Positions 12,897 to 25,994 are shown, numbered from the stretch's first letter. The stretch: DNA of 64,000 bases from Octopus vulgaris (GCA_951406725.2 OX597831.1:43214001-43278000), one strand, 5' to 3'. Numbers and translations are program-made. Notes: generated from the sequence alone by a model not told the origin.

Positions 12897-15025
12897 GCAA
12901 GCAGTATTTCTTTCTCTTGTCTATTCTGCTGTTTTCCACTTACGTTTCTCTTTTCTATTTTGCTTTCTCTCCTCCATTCTGCTCTATGTAGTCCACTCTA
13001 CTCTGCTTTTTACACCTTGCTCTCCCTCTCTCTGTCTTTATCTGTCAGTCTCTCTCCCTCTCTCTATCTCCCTCCCCCTCTCTCTCTCTATCTCTCTATC
13101 TCTCTCTTCCCTCCTTCTGTCTCATTTCTCATTTACTCATTGCTTCCTGCTTTTCACCTTCCTTTCCGCACTTTTCCTTTTTCCTTTCGGCTCACTCTGT
13201 TCTCTCTTTTCCTCATCTCGTTCTCTTATCAAGCAACCACAAAAATTTGAGAGACCTTATACAACCACTAACCCCCGGATTATCCTGATAAGCCAAAGAG
13301 CTTCTAACAATTCTTACCGTCAGCCTACAGTCACAGAGTAAGAGCTGATCGATATAGAGTTGCGAATCACACCACTCTCACTCACTTTTCATAAAATACT
13401 ATTTTATTTATAATTTATTAAGATTTGTCCCTTTCAAAATGGTTAGTCCACATTACTCCTTAAGAAGCTTAGGGGCAGTTTCCCGGTTTCGCTGGCATAT
13501 ATACTCCTCTCTGGATGGGACACCGGTCCGTTGCAGGGTGTTACGCACTGGGGTCGATATGCTCGACTTAATCCGTTTGTCTGTCCTTGTTTGTCCCCTC
13601 TGTGTGTAGCCCCTTGTGGGTAGTAAAGAAATAAGAATAAGAATTAGGCTTTTTAAAAAAATTAGTGTAGTAAGCCTTTCAAAGAGGTATCCAGTGAATA
13701 AAATAAGAAAATGACGAAAACTAAACGATAAAATCTGTGTTATTACTTTCGCAAATTTCACCCTTGAGTGCAAGGACGGATCAAGACCCGTAGAGGCCCT
13801 AAGTACTGAAAAGATTTTGGTGCCCCTGTGTGTAAGTAATGCAAAACGTAAACAATAATAAGTCATAAAATAAAATTTTACTTCTCAAAATGAAACAAAA
13901 TTAACAGTAAGATGGAAAATAATGTTTATTTTTGTATACTTCCACTTTATTAATATTTAAAAAGTACTTGATGAGATCTCCACCCTGACATCATGAGCAC
14001 TTCGAAATTATATTTTCAATCATATAAATCACTTCGAATATTATTTTACGCCAACCACTTACCCAGCTCCGCCGCGTGACTTTTAGAGTCCCCTTGCAAC
14101 TCTTTGTTTCGAGGCCCCATTCCTTCAATCAAAATTCATAATCTACGCACCTTTTATTCATAGCTATATTTTACTTTATTCTATCTGAACTTTAATATTT
14201 CTCGTTATCCTAAAGAACATCTTTAAAAGTACAAGTTAAATTCATTTAGGTCCAGATATGAATATAAAGCTCTTTCATAATCTAAGTAACTTTCAAAGAC
14301 AAACACTGCGCACTTTTCGATTCGCAAAATCATCGATCAGTTCAGAATTATCCAGCTGAGGGCTAAGTTTGTGTTCAGTAGATATCATAGACAATCCACA
14401 AAGTCTGGTACACGTTTTTGGTACAATGTAATATATTTACTAGAACTTCTGCAGGTTCAATGTATTACCATTTTATTTCTTGAAATTTTCAATTAACATA
14501 GTTTAATTCCTGTTCAACATCTTAACCAAAGTAATTAGATGACTCATCTACGTACTTTGATCTTAACATGGGGCTCCTCAATCGCGGAGGCCCCCTGCGA
14601 CCGCAGGAGTTGCAGGAGCTTAGCGACGGCTCTGCATTTACCATTTCTGTGGTGCACTAAGCACTTGATTATTTTGCTTAGTGGTTAATCCAGTGCTGCT
14701 TGGGTGGGTAATCAGTGCCAAATTGTTCGTGTTTAGCACTTCTCATCACTATCACTACCCCATCCTCCGCCACCGCCCAGCGAAAGGAGCTACGTTGAAA
14801 CGCCAGTAAACGGAATATCTATAAACATATAAAATGCCCAAAACCATCTTTATTTCACTGATAAAAGATAAATGGGCAGATATTTAAATTTTCCAAAGAT
14901 TGATAAAACAATCAAAAGAAAATTATTCCATTTAACACAACATCGTAATTCCGAATCATTCACCAAGTTGTTTCATATGTCTGCTAGCTTCACCCTTGGC
15001 ACAGTTTTCTGCCAATTTTAAGGAT

Positions 15026-15110
<85 letters not shown>

Positions 15111-15539
15111 CATGTATGCATGCATGTATGTATGTATGTATGTATGTATGTATGTATGTATGTATGGGCCGTGCGATATGGGGTGACGTGATTGGCTCTT
15201 TTATAACACATCACTCGGCTGTTATAATGAAGAGAAATTAAATGGAGCAAATGAATGCCAGATGGAAAGAGACACAACTGCGTAGGAATGATTAAGAGAA
15301 CATTTATTGATAAGCTAACATGTGTGCGTGGGTTTGCGTCATGTATACAGAAATAATTGACAGGCAGAAATAATTGACAAACATATGTGTGTGTCTCTGT
15401 ATGTAAGCATTGACGTATGCGCGTGTTAAGTACATCTAAGGATGGCAATAAGAAGACAGAGTTCAGTGAAAGATGGGGATAATACCAGTTCGTAGTCAGA
15501 TTTGTTCACGGCAGTTGAAATACTGTATCAAGAAGTCGC

Positions 15540-15865
15540 GGCTATGGTGCGGAGCCGGTTGCAGGTACATGTCGTATGTGATGTTATGGCTGTGATGCTG
15601 AACCGGTACAGGTAGGTGTTGTACTTGACGTGGTGGCTGTGATGCTGAGACGATTAGGTACATGTCGTAGTCGTGGCTGTGATCTGAAGTGACGTGGTGG
15701 CTGTGATGACTGAGCCGGTTACAGGTACAGGTAGGTGTTGTACTTGACGTGGTGCCTGTGATGCTGAGACGATTACAGGTACATGTCGTACGTGAAGTCA
15801 TGGCTGTGATGCTGAGCCGGTTACAGGTACGTGTCGTACGTGACGTCCTGGCTGTGATGCTGCTG
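15540..15865 (-). repeat. Degenerate ~48-bp GC-rich tandem repeat (about 7 units)
   Basis: GGCTGTGATGCTGAG..TTACAGGTAC..GTCGTACGTGA recurs. Confidence 0.8.
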
Positions 15866-16089
15866 CTTGGGTCACTTGGTACAGGAGTTTCATGCAGGTC
15901 GTATGTTCGCTGTTAATCGTAGTATAGTTATTCACGAACAGTGAACTGTTGGAACCTGGGTGAATTACTTGCTGGGCTGTGTACGTGGAGAGATGATGTT
16001 GACGACGTTGAGATGGACGACGAATAAGAAGAAGGTTGCCGTAATGCTGTTGGACGAAGTTGGTAAGTCTCAACGTAGCTGCTGTGATA

Positions 16090-16194
16090 TATTTCTTTAT
16101 TGCCCACAAGGGGCTAAACATAGAGGGGACAGACAAAGGGATTAAGTCGATTATATTGACCCCAGTGCGTAACTGGTATTTAATTTATCGACCC
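16090..16194 (-). mobile_element. 5'-truncated SINE A tail fragment with 16-bp TSD
   Basis: CGTAGCTGCTGTGATA at 16074-16089 and 16195-16210. Confidence 0.88.
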
Positions 16195-17868
16195 CGTAGC
16201 TGCTGTGATAGCGTGTTGTCTGGCATTGCCACTGGAACTGGCTGTGTCTCCGTGGTCAGTGGCTAGACCTTACAAGGTCTGGAACTAAAGACATAGAGTG
16301 AGGAAAAAGCTAAGTTTTTATAAGAAGTTGGAGGCTCAAACAGGGTAGTAAACAGGCTATTCCACGTGATCCTATTTAGAGCCTCTGACTGGTTATCCGC
16401 AGCAAGTTGGCACAACCGAATGGGAGACAAATTGCGCCAATAGTAACCAATCAGTGTAGTGGACGCAACGTGATCCAAATAGCGGCCAAAGGCTAGCTGT
16501 TCCCTGCTACGTTCGAAGGCACAGATATATAATAAATAGGAGAGAGGAAGTTCATCCGAGTCTACTGTATGCATGTGTGTAAGTATGTATGTATGTATGT
16601 ATGTATGTATGTATGTATGTATGTATGTATCAGTGGCGACTCTGGCACTCGGGCTGTTCGAGCTTAGCCTGAGTATAAATTTAGTGAAGTGATCGTGTAT
16701 TTGCAAGCTGATTTCATTTCTACTGAAGTATGCAATTGCAGCCAATAACTCGGGTTCCTTTTATTGAGCCTAGTCGCATTTCATTTATTTTCCATCAGCG
16801 TCTGGTGGTCGTCTTAGTGGTGCCCTGTGTCAAAAAGTATCATTCATAGAAGACGTTCTCTCGAGCGCCTGACTCAGGCTCAGAAATTACAGCCCGAGTT
16901 GCTATCTATAATCGTAAAAATTAAAAGTAATTCAAATTCAATGTTTTCTTGAAACAATAAATTTCTATAGAGATTAGTATTTAAATTTCAATCTATGAAA
17001 ATTTTCCTTTCTACAATGTTCTTAAAGGAACGAAAAGTTATCCAGCAACTCAGGCTAATACGATCGAGCCTAGTAGGTGTAAAAAAAAAACTAACTTGCA
17101 TCTCTTGTCAAGAGTACAGGCGCTGTCGTTAGTTGATTGCTGTTATTCTGTGCGTCTGTGTGCAAAGATCAGTTGTGTTTTGCAGGGTTGCTTTATTTTA
17201 ACCCTTAACTTAGAAATGGAGAAAGACATAGTGCTAGATATAAAAAAAAAAAAGCCATTTGGGGGTTAGAAATAAAGCGGGAAAACGTGTAATTTTTCGA
17301 GCAGGCATATGTCATGCGAAATCTGTGACGAGCCCGAATGACGATGATGAGCTGAAGTCGCCTCTGATATGTATGTCTGAGTAATAAGAAGTAAAATCGA
17401 TTTTAAAATTCTAGGCAGATATCTATAAAGCACTTAGTGTTAAACGAATTTGGTAAACTATATCCAATAATCAGACACCAATACATGCAAGTATACATGT
17501 TTTCTTTTTCTTTTTCTCACTTTCTTGTTTTCTTTTCTTTTTTTTTTTTTTCACTTTCTTTTGTCCTCTTTTTTTTCTTCATTCTACTTCCTTTTTACCC
17601 ATTTATCACATTTTACCCTGTTTATCATCCCCTATAACCGGGAACCTATTTGTATAGATGTGCAACTTCCATGATTTCTTCAGCCGCAATTTGGCTGAAG
17701 ATCATGTGCATTAACAGACGAAACTCTGAGTAATAAGAGACACTGTGTGTATGTGTGTGTGTGTATTTTGTCTTAGGAACAAAATCGAAAGGGAGATCTC
17801 TTTTTAGTTACACATATACATATCGCTGCATAATTATCATTATAAGATTCCATCACTGTTACTTTCAG

Positions 17869-18073
17869 TTGGGCAAAAACTTGACTCTACCCGGTTGCGA
17901 TAAGATAGTTATGTGTGAAAAAGATGGATCAGCAAGAGGACAACGGAAAATTGTTGATATTGAAGGCTGTGTGGTGAATTCACAGTGCATCACTCGGGAC
18001 GGAGTTTGGCAATGTGTCTGCAATAAAGGATTCGCATACAATGACAACAAAACCGAATGTGAGAAAGTTCCAG
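17869..18073 (+). CDS. Exon H: Cys-rich linker (TILa-like) plus EGF-like domain
   Basis: LGKNLTLPGCDKIVMC...GCVVNSQCITRDGVWQCVCNKGFAYNDNKTEC; TTTCAG acceptor, G|GTAAGG donor, phase 0-1. Confidence 0.85.
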
Positions 18074-18172
18074 GTAAGGTCGAAACGATGTTTGTATTTC
18101 ACAGGGTTGTGAGAGACATAATCACATTTCTGTATGTTTGCATATCTGCGTGTGCCGTGTGCGTGTAAACGT

Positions 18173-18212
<40 letters not shown>

Positions 18213-19361
18213 TAATAGACAGAAATAGTACATACATAATATATACATTCATGTATGTATGTATATACATTCATGTAAAGATGTTTGAAAATATAAAGAC
18301 AGATGGGAATGCCCGCAAATATATTGGTCTTACACTTTAAAAATCAAAATCACCCCCATCTTAAAATACAAATATTAATTTGATTAATTACATACTGGAG
18401 TCGATAAATCGATTATATCCCCCCACCAAACATGTTCGGCTCCGCTGGCCTTACTAGCCTTGCGCCTATTTTGGGAATTATTATATTTGTTTTATAAATG
18501 ATAATAAATATTATAAAAGCATACATATTAAAGATGGCCGAAAACTTTTTCAGAATCGTTACAATCGAGTAAATCACCTTGTGGTATCTAAATATGTCCT
18601 TTACGTTCCGAGTTCAAATCTCACTGATGTTAACTTTGTCTTTTATCATTTCAATATCAGTGAAATAAAACATCAGTGCACTACCGAGTCCGATTCTTCT
18701 CTGTTTCTCTCTTTCCTCCGCTTTCTTTCTCTTTCTCTCTCTCACTCTGTCTTTCTCTCTTTTCCTCTCTCTCTCACTCTCTCCCACTCACCGTCTTTCT
18801 TTATCTCTCTGTCCTTCTCCTTCCCCCCTATCTCTCTCTCACGATTGTGCAAGTTATCCAAAGTCTCACATCAAGATAGATCATGGCACACTGATTCAAC
18901 CCAAGAACTACGTTAAAGTTACATGTGCCTGCGAAATACTCAGCCGCTTATAGGTTAATTTCAGTTGGTCAAACAACTGAATGCTCCGCGTCGAAACAGA
19001 CGGATAACTTCTGTCCCAATTCCCATTAGAAGTTGCGTAGTTGGAGTGTGCACCGCCCGGGGCTGTTCTTCAGTTTGTATCTACTTTCTCTGGCCCATAA
19101 GCCTATATAAACTTATACAACAGACCCAAAAGTTGCAATCCCATCGAAGCATCGCTCGGAACTCGAACGCTCCTCTCCCACTCTCCAGCTACGCTGCTGT
19201 CCACCAGTCAGTTGTTGAACACTCAGCAAAAATTTTTACTTGAACCAGTGTTAGAAAATAATACATATCAATTGATATAGCATCATATATATTAATATAA
19301 CACCAAATATAATTTCCTATAATGAATTGTTAATATATTATGTTGTTTGTCACACTGCTAG

Positions 19362-19591
19362 TCTGTGGAGTTGAACCTATTGACATCCAGTTTGTGGTTG
19401 ACATATCTAATAGTATTAGAGAGGAAGGACTCTACGAAACCAAAAAGTTCCTTACGGAATTTGTCAACGCTTCGATCATTTCTTCTACACAAGCTCAATT
19501 AGGAATTCTGCTATTCAATTCTAAAGTCAGCAATAAGTTTTTCATTGACGACGCCAAGACTAAAGAAGAAATCAAAGATGCAATCGAAACG
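19362..19591 (+). CDS. Exon I: VWA domain N-half
   Basis: PIDIQFVVDISNSI (MIDAS DxSxS)...KKFL..FV...LGILLFNS; CTAG acceptor, G|GTAAGT donor, phase 1-0. Confidence 0.9.
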
Positions 19592-21353
19592 GTAAGTATT
19601 TATTGACTTCCAGTGATTTCTTCCCCCATCTTCGAATATCATCGTTCGCTTTGTTTGAGAGGGTACCAGATTTCAAAGAATATTATTGGCAGTTTATATT
19701 TAAGACCGCAGCATTGTTAGAGATTAAGAAACCAACCGTTATTCTTAGAATTTAAAACGTAATTTTTTCTCCAAAAATAATATCAGAAAAATATCATCCC
19801 CAGTGATATTTTTGTGTTGGGCTCCGATAACATGGTTTAATGTTGGGCCCCTATAACATGCACTAAAACCCGTTTTTCTTGACTATCGATTAGTTCTCTC
19901 TTTGGAGCAGATGAGGCTGAAACACGACCTCTCCAACCAGATCTGTTTTATACTAGTGTTTTGGTCTCGTTCCAGTTTCTCCACTCTTCCTGATTATGGT
20001 TAGTCCAGATTACTCCTTTAAGGAGCATACGCCCGTTTTCCCGGTTTCATCGTAATTCATTAAGGGATTACTCATTTCCCAGTAATCCATCGCAGGATCA
20101 CTCATTTTTATCAGCTAAGTGGACTAGAGTAACGTTAAATGAAGTGTTTTGCTCAAAGAACAACCCAACCCCGTCTAAAAATCGAAACCACAATCTTATG
20201 ATCATGAGTCCAACACCCTAACCACTAAGCCATGCGCATCCACCTTCCTGGTTATGGTCTGCTAAAACTGGGCTGCCATATATGTCCGTGTGTCTTTTAT
20301 GCTATCAAAAACGGTAATTCTAAATTCAACTGATCCATCTAGCTGTATATAGGTACTACAGAAAAATATGTGAATCCTATAAAATTGTCTTTTTAGAAAA
20401 TCATATTCGTCTTTAGAGTATATATTTACAATAATTATACATATAGTAAGGTGGCGAGCAGGCAGAATCGTTAGCACGCCGGGCAAAATGCTTAGCGACA
20501 TTTCGTCCGACTTTGCCTTTCATTCCTTTCAGGGTCGATAAAATAAGTGCTAGTTGATTACTGGGATCGATGTAATTGATTTAACCCCTAACCGCAAATC
20601 TGGAGATCAAGATTCTTAACTGTTAAAACAGCACAGTCCACCTAACTTTGAAATGGTAATCAAGTAGCAAGAAAAATTCGCAACTGTAAGCAACAACACC
20701 ATTACAATGTTGACTTGTTCCTCTGAACGAAACCATAGTAAAGGAAAACAAATATGCCATAAATATCCAGGAGATTGTAATAAATTCGCCCTTTAATGTA
20801 AATGAAATGTCTCACTTCATAATAAATCTAAAGAAAAAGTTACAGATTTTGATGACTTCTAGAAAGAATAGAATAGTGCTATACATAATTGCTACAAGCA
20901 AGAAATTATTATAACTTCGAAATAAATAAAATAAATAAAAATATGTGAACTCTACTCATATTCTTCCATGTCTTCCTCAATTTCAAATTCAATTTTCAAA
21001 TCCCTCCTCATGTTGTGAGGGGACGGTTATCTCCCTTTTATTAACAGCCTTTGCCAGAGGGAACCACATGTATAATTACCATTATTATCATTACTTCTAA
21101 GGCAGTTAGTAGATATAATTGTTACCCCGCTGAGCAAAATGCTTCGCGGCATTTCTTCCGGTTCTTTACGTTCAGATGGCATTGAGGTCCACTTTGTCTT
21201 TGATCCTTTCGGGATCGATAAAACGAGTACCAGTTGAGCACTGAGGGAGGGGGTCAATGTAATCGATCTTATCCCTCCCCTCAAAATTGTTGGCCCTGGG
21301 CCCAAATTAGAAAGAATTATTACAAAAGCTTTTGTTTCTATTCGCATTTTTAG

Positions 21354-21683
21354 ATCGGACCCGTACACAGTGGAACAAGACTTAGTGCTGCTCTCCGGTT
21401 CACGTCAACCTCTGCGCTCTCACTACACACCGTTCGGAAAGACGTCAAGAGAGTGGTAATAGTCATCACTGATGGTCAAATCTCGAAGGTGCAGGAGGTC
21501 GCACGCTGGAGTAGACATATACGCGTTATCCGGAAGGCCAGAATCGTAGTCATCGCTGTCGGGCGCACAGACGATGCACTTCTGCGCGAAATGACGAGTG
21601 ACGGAGGCAAGGTACTACATGCGTCGCGTTACGACACCCTACAACGAGTAATTGACGACCTCTACCGAGTGGTTTGTAAGTAA
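21354..21683 (+). CDS. Exon J: VWA domain C-half, probable last coding exon
   Basis: GTRLSAAL...RKDVKRVVIVITDGQ...IVVIAVG...VVCK*; the ten exons total 2399 nt and stay in frame; a possible T|GTAAGT donor at 21676 overlaps the stop. Confidence 0.85.
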   Translation: MGPVHSGTRLSAALRFTSTSALSLHTVRKDVKRVVIVITDGQISKVQEVARWSRHIRVIRKARIVVIAVGRTDDALLREMTSDGGKVLHASRYDTLQRVIDDLYRVVCK

Positions 21684-21710
21684 ACACCCAATCATGAGGT
21701 GGTGGTGGTG

Positions 21711-21744
<34 letters not shown>

Positions 21745-21992
21745 CAAAGAAAATCATATTGACTACATGATTAAATTGATTTCATAATAATAGTTATATA
21801 TAATGAAATAATGATTAGAATTATAAAATGATGATTATATAAACCTAAAACTGATAACAATAAACGATATATTGCAGCTAAATTTGTTTGGTTGTTCGTT
21901 TTGATTTCTTTTTGTTTGTTTGTTTATTATTGTTTGTTGATTGCTTTCTAATTTCCACACTTGTCTTGCTCACGTATCCAGAGATGAGCAGC

Positions 21993-22477
21993 GTGGAGGC
22001 GCAATGGTCCAGTGGTTAGGGCAGCGGACTCGCGGTCGTAAGAACGCGGTTTCGATTCCCAGACCGGGCATTGTGGGTGTTTATTGAGCAAAAACACCTA
22101 AGCTCCACGAGGCTCCAGCAGGGGCGGGGTGAACCCCGCTGTACTCTTTCGCCACAACTTTCACTCTTTCTTCCTACTTCTGCCACAAAGCAGAGGAACC
22201 ATGGTGTAACCCACTATGGTGTGGTAAACTTTCAGACCCTAGTCTAGATTGCGAATCATCTGTACCCCAGGATGGTTCAGCTCTTCGCCCGTTAATAAGT
22301 CACCGTTTACGGAATGAGGATAACAACGTAGCTTTCGCGCCCGTGCAACCGCCAGTCTATCGCGTGTGGTGGGTGGATCTTCAAGTTGCCACACGCATTC
22401 TTAGTAGCTTAGAGTAGGCTCGAATTAGAGATTATTCTTTGTGGCTAAAGGCGTGAGTCCTGATTAGAAGAAGAAGA
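21993..22477 (+). mobile_element. tRNA-derived SINE family C with (GAA)n tail
   Basis: A box TGGTCCAGTGG, B box GTTTCGATTCC; inverted copy at 27894-28416. Confidence 0.85.
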
Positions 22478-22968
22478 GCAACAACAATAACAGCAGCAGC
22501 AACCATCACGAAAGAAGGACAATAAAATATTTAAGACTCACACACGCATATAAAAATGCGCGCGGGCACACACAAGCACCCAGTCACGCGCACGCACACA
22601 CTCAATGAATCCTTAAGTGACAACGATATGTCATCGATAAATCAATTCCTATCGATTTAAACAACCAGCAACATACCGACATGAAAGAGTAAACGTCGTG
22701 TAAGCCGCCATTGCCTTCATCATCGTCGTCCGTCGGTCTGTTACGTCTGTTGTTTGTTCTACGTAAGTCAGTGGACGTACTTTACGTTACTCCCGATAGT
22801 AAATGTCTTCATAAGCGCAGATGTGGGTGTGTAACTGGAAGCTTGCTTCCCAAAACACATTATTCCAGGTTCAATGCGTGGCATCTTGGGCAAATGTTTC
22901 AACTAAAGCCTGGAACCGACAAAAGCCTTGTGGGTGGATTTGATAGGGGGAACTGAAAGAAGCTTGTC

Positions 22969-23003
<35 letters not shown>

Positions 23004-23009
23004 TATTAT

Positions 23010-24139
23010 TATATATATATAAACGGCAGTTTGTCTGTCTGTGTGTCTGTCAGGTTGTACCCTCACCCTGACCACGACTTTCAACCGATTTTGATGAAAC
23101 TTGACACACACATAGCCTAATGTCATAATTCAAAACTAACGCAGCGAAAATTTTGAAAAGTTCCCCCAGTTCTGAAATAAATCGATAAATTCGACATGGG
23201 GTCGAGAATCTAAGCTTTTTACATGCAACACATTTTCTGTTGTAGTTTTCGCAACTTGCAATCGATTTTCACCAAACTCATGGTGAAGCTTAATGTTACC
23301 CTAAGAAACTTAATTCTGACGTTAGTTTTCCATGGAATAAAATCATGCCATTTTGGGAAATCGCGTTCAAATTCAAGATGACATATTTTCGACAATATCT
23401 TTCACAAATTGGCAGGAATTTTTTTTTTAATTCACAGCGAGCATCATGTCTGCTCCAAGGTGCTATATGGCCCTTTTAATTCCAATAGGATACTTTATTA
23501 CTGGAAAAAATCGGTTAATTAAATCATATGTGGCACACATAACAAACCGATTTGTGTATTAAACACAAACCACAGACTTTCTAGGGGACGCAAATCGACC
23601 TTTTTAACTCTCGGAACACGTGGGGTAAGTATCCCAAAATGAATAAAAATGTACAAAAACGGCAAAAAGGCGGGCAGCAATGGGAGTGACAACAACGAAA
23701 AAGTCAAAAGTGACCAAACTGAACAAACGAATGGAAAAGGTTTTTTGGTGCACACGACAAAAGATGTTTATAATAAACCAAGAGTTTGCAAGTAGTGTCC
23801 GAGGACCCTTAGGGTACGTCAAAAATTTAAGGTAAAACGTTTGGGGTGGTAGTTATAAAGAAAGTTTAAACAAAAAAAGTATTCGAATAACTTGCGGCTG
23901 CAGCAGCTATTAGCAGAAGTGGCGGTGTTGGGGGTAAAGTCTCGAATGTAATTTCTTCCTGGTAGGAATTGGTTGGGTTGAATTATCGATAGCTGTTTGA
24001 TAGTTATTTGGGAGTGAAGAGAAGACATTGCAACCTACACATGCGCCTTCGTTCCCTAGAGGGAAAGGACTAGATTGAGATTAGTCGTTGCCTACTAGGG
24101 GCTCTTACATACCCGGGCAACGCCGGGCTATGCTGCTAG
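23010..24139 (+). mobile_element. Non-autonomous Helitron
   Basis: 3' hairpin CCCGGGCAACGCCGGG then CTAG|T; starts in a TA tract with a GTCTGTCTGT subterminal repeat; 5' boundary approximate. Confidence 0.75.
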
Positions 24140-25355
24140 TATCTCTTATTATAGGCAAAGCAGTGCATTGTATCCTCGAGCAAGGCACTTTATTGAATGT
24201 AAACAAAGCAACACCGGTGGTCAAGCGGTGAGGGAAAGTAAAAACAAAGCCACGCAGCCATGAAAACACATATACATATGCGTCGGGCTTCTTTCAGTTT
24301 CCGTCTACCAAATCAAGTCACAAGACTTTTGCCAGCCAGGGGCTATAGTAGAAGGCACTCAAAACATAGAGCAGTGGGATTGAACCCGAAACAATTGGGA
24401 CGCAAACATCTTACCACACACCCATGAACTTAGATTGTAATGAGGGAAAGCTACATCGCACAGACCATCATCAATGCTCAAGTGCATGATCTTCTGGACC
24501 AGTGGCAAGGCTACTAAGACGACCAAAGTATATTGGAGATGTAGTAGTATGAACAGGGTGAACTTTGCATCTCACTGTGCTCTGCCATACAGTGTTTTTG
24601 CTGGATATTATTATTATATACTTTTGACAAGTCACCTGACGAGACACAGCTGCAGCTATGATGCACTACACCTGTTTCTAGAGCATCGCACCTGCGCGGC
24701 AACGGTGTACGAAGGGTCGAAACGATCGTAATGATAATAAAGAGTCTCCTGCTCCTCCTCTGAAATTATTGGCTGTGTGCCAAATTTGAAATCAATATTT
24801 ATATAAACTTTAAGCCGGCAAGCTGGTAGAATCGTTAGTACTCCGGACTAAATGCTTGGCAGCATTTTATCCGTTTTTACGTTCCGAATTAAAATTCTAC
24901 CGAAAGCGACGTTACTTTTCGTCTTTCAGAGGTCGATAAAATAAGTACCAGTGTTACATTGGGGTTGATGTAATCGAATTAACTCCTTCCCGGAAATTAC
25001 TGGCCTTCTGCCAAAATTTGAAGGCACATTTACATAAATTCTACGGATATTTTGCGGACTTTCAGATATATCTTCAATAAAAGATCCATTTCCGTTGTAT
25101 GATAGTATCTGATAACCGATGCCCGTAGACGGGCTTTATAAAGCAAACTCCAAGGTTAAGACCCAATTGGAATTGATCTTCATATAAATATATACGACGG
25201 GCTTCTTTCAGTTTCCGTCTACCAAATCTACTCACAAGGCTTTGGTCGGCATGAGGCCATAGTAAAAATCACTTGCCCAAGGTGCCACGCAGTGGGAATG
25301 AACCCGGAACCATTTGGTTGGTAAACAAGCTACTTACCACACAGCCACTCCTGCA

Positions 25356-25443
<88 letters not shown>

Positions 25444-25994
25444 GTAGGTCCCGGGTTGATTCGGGGTTAACCACAGTAAATAAGGTACTCAATACATAGC
25501 AGAGTAAAATTAATTTATTATATAGAAGGAGCTTCTACAGGACTAGCTCCTTCTATATAATAAATATATTTATATATATATATATTTATATATATATATA
25601 CACATACATACATAAATGTGTGTGCGTGTACACATATATGTACGTAAAAATACACATAATAACATAATACACATATTCTGATATATTTATATGTGTGTGT
25701 GTTATATGTACACAACAGTTATAAAACAGACTCACTTTTAGATATAAAGAAGGCATTTACCTAATAATGCAGCTAATATATTGATGCTGCTTGCATTAAT
25801 ATATCAGCTTCAAGACATAATTTTTTTTCTTGACTGTAATAATAGTCTTTACTCCTTCTCCCTCTTTCTCCTCTTGTCTCATCTTTTAACCAACCGCATT
25901 ATTTTCCAGAGATTGCTTGCAACAAATGCAGTGCTGTCTCCACTGTTGTTGATACTACATCCGACCACCACCACTACTACTACTATTACTTATC

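Noticed and set aside
12897-13341. Hydrophobic ORF extension after TIL suggesting a transmembrane isoform
   Set aside because: CT-rich intron and microsatellite read-through
13771-14634. hAT-like element with CAGGGCCG-type ends
   Set aside because: Termini degenerate and no TSD found; not supportable
21993-22070. tRNA gene candidates at SINE heads
   Set aside because: A/B boxes run into SINE bodies; no complete cloverleaf
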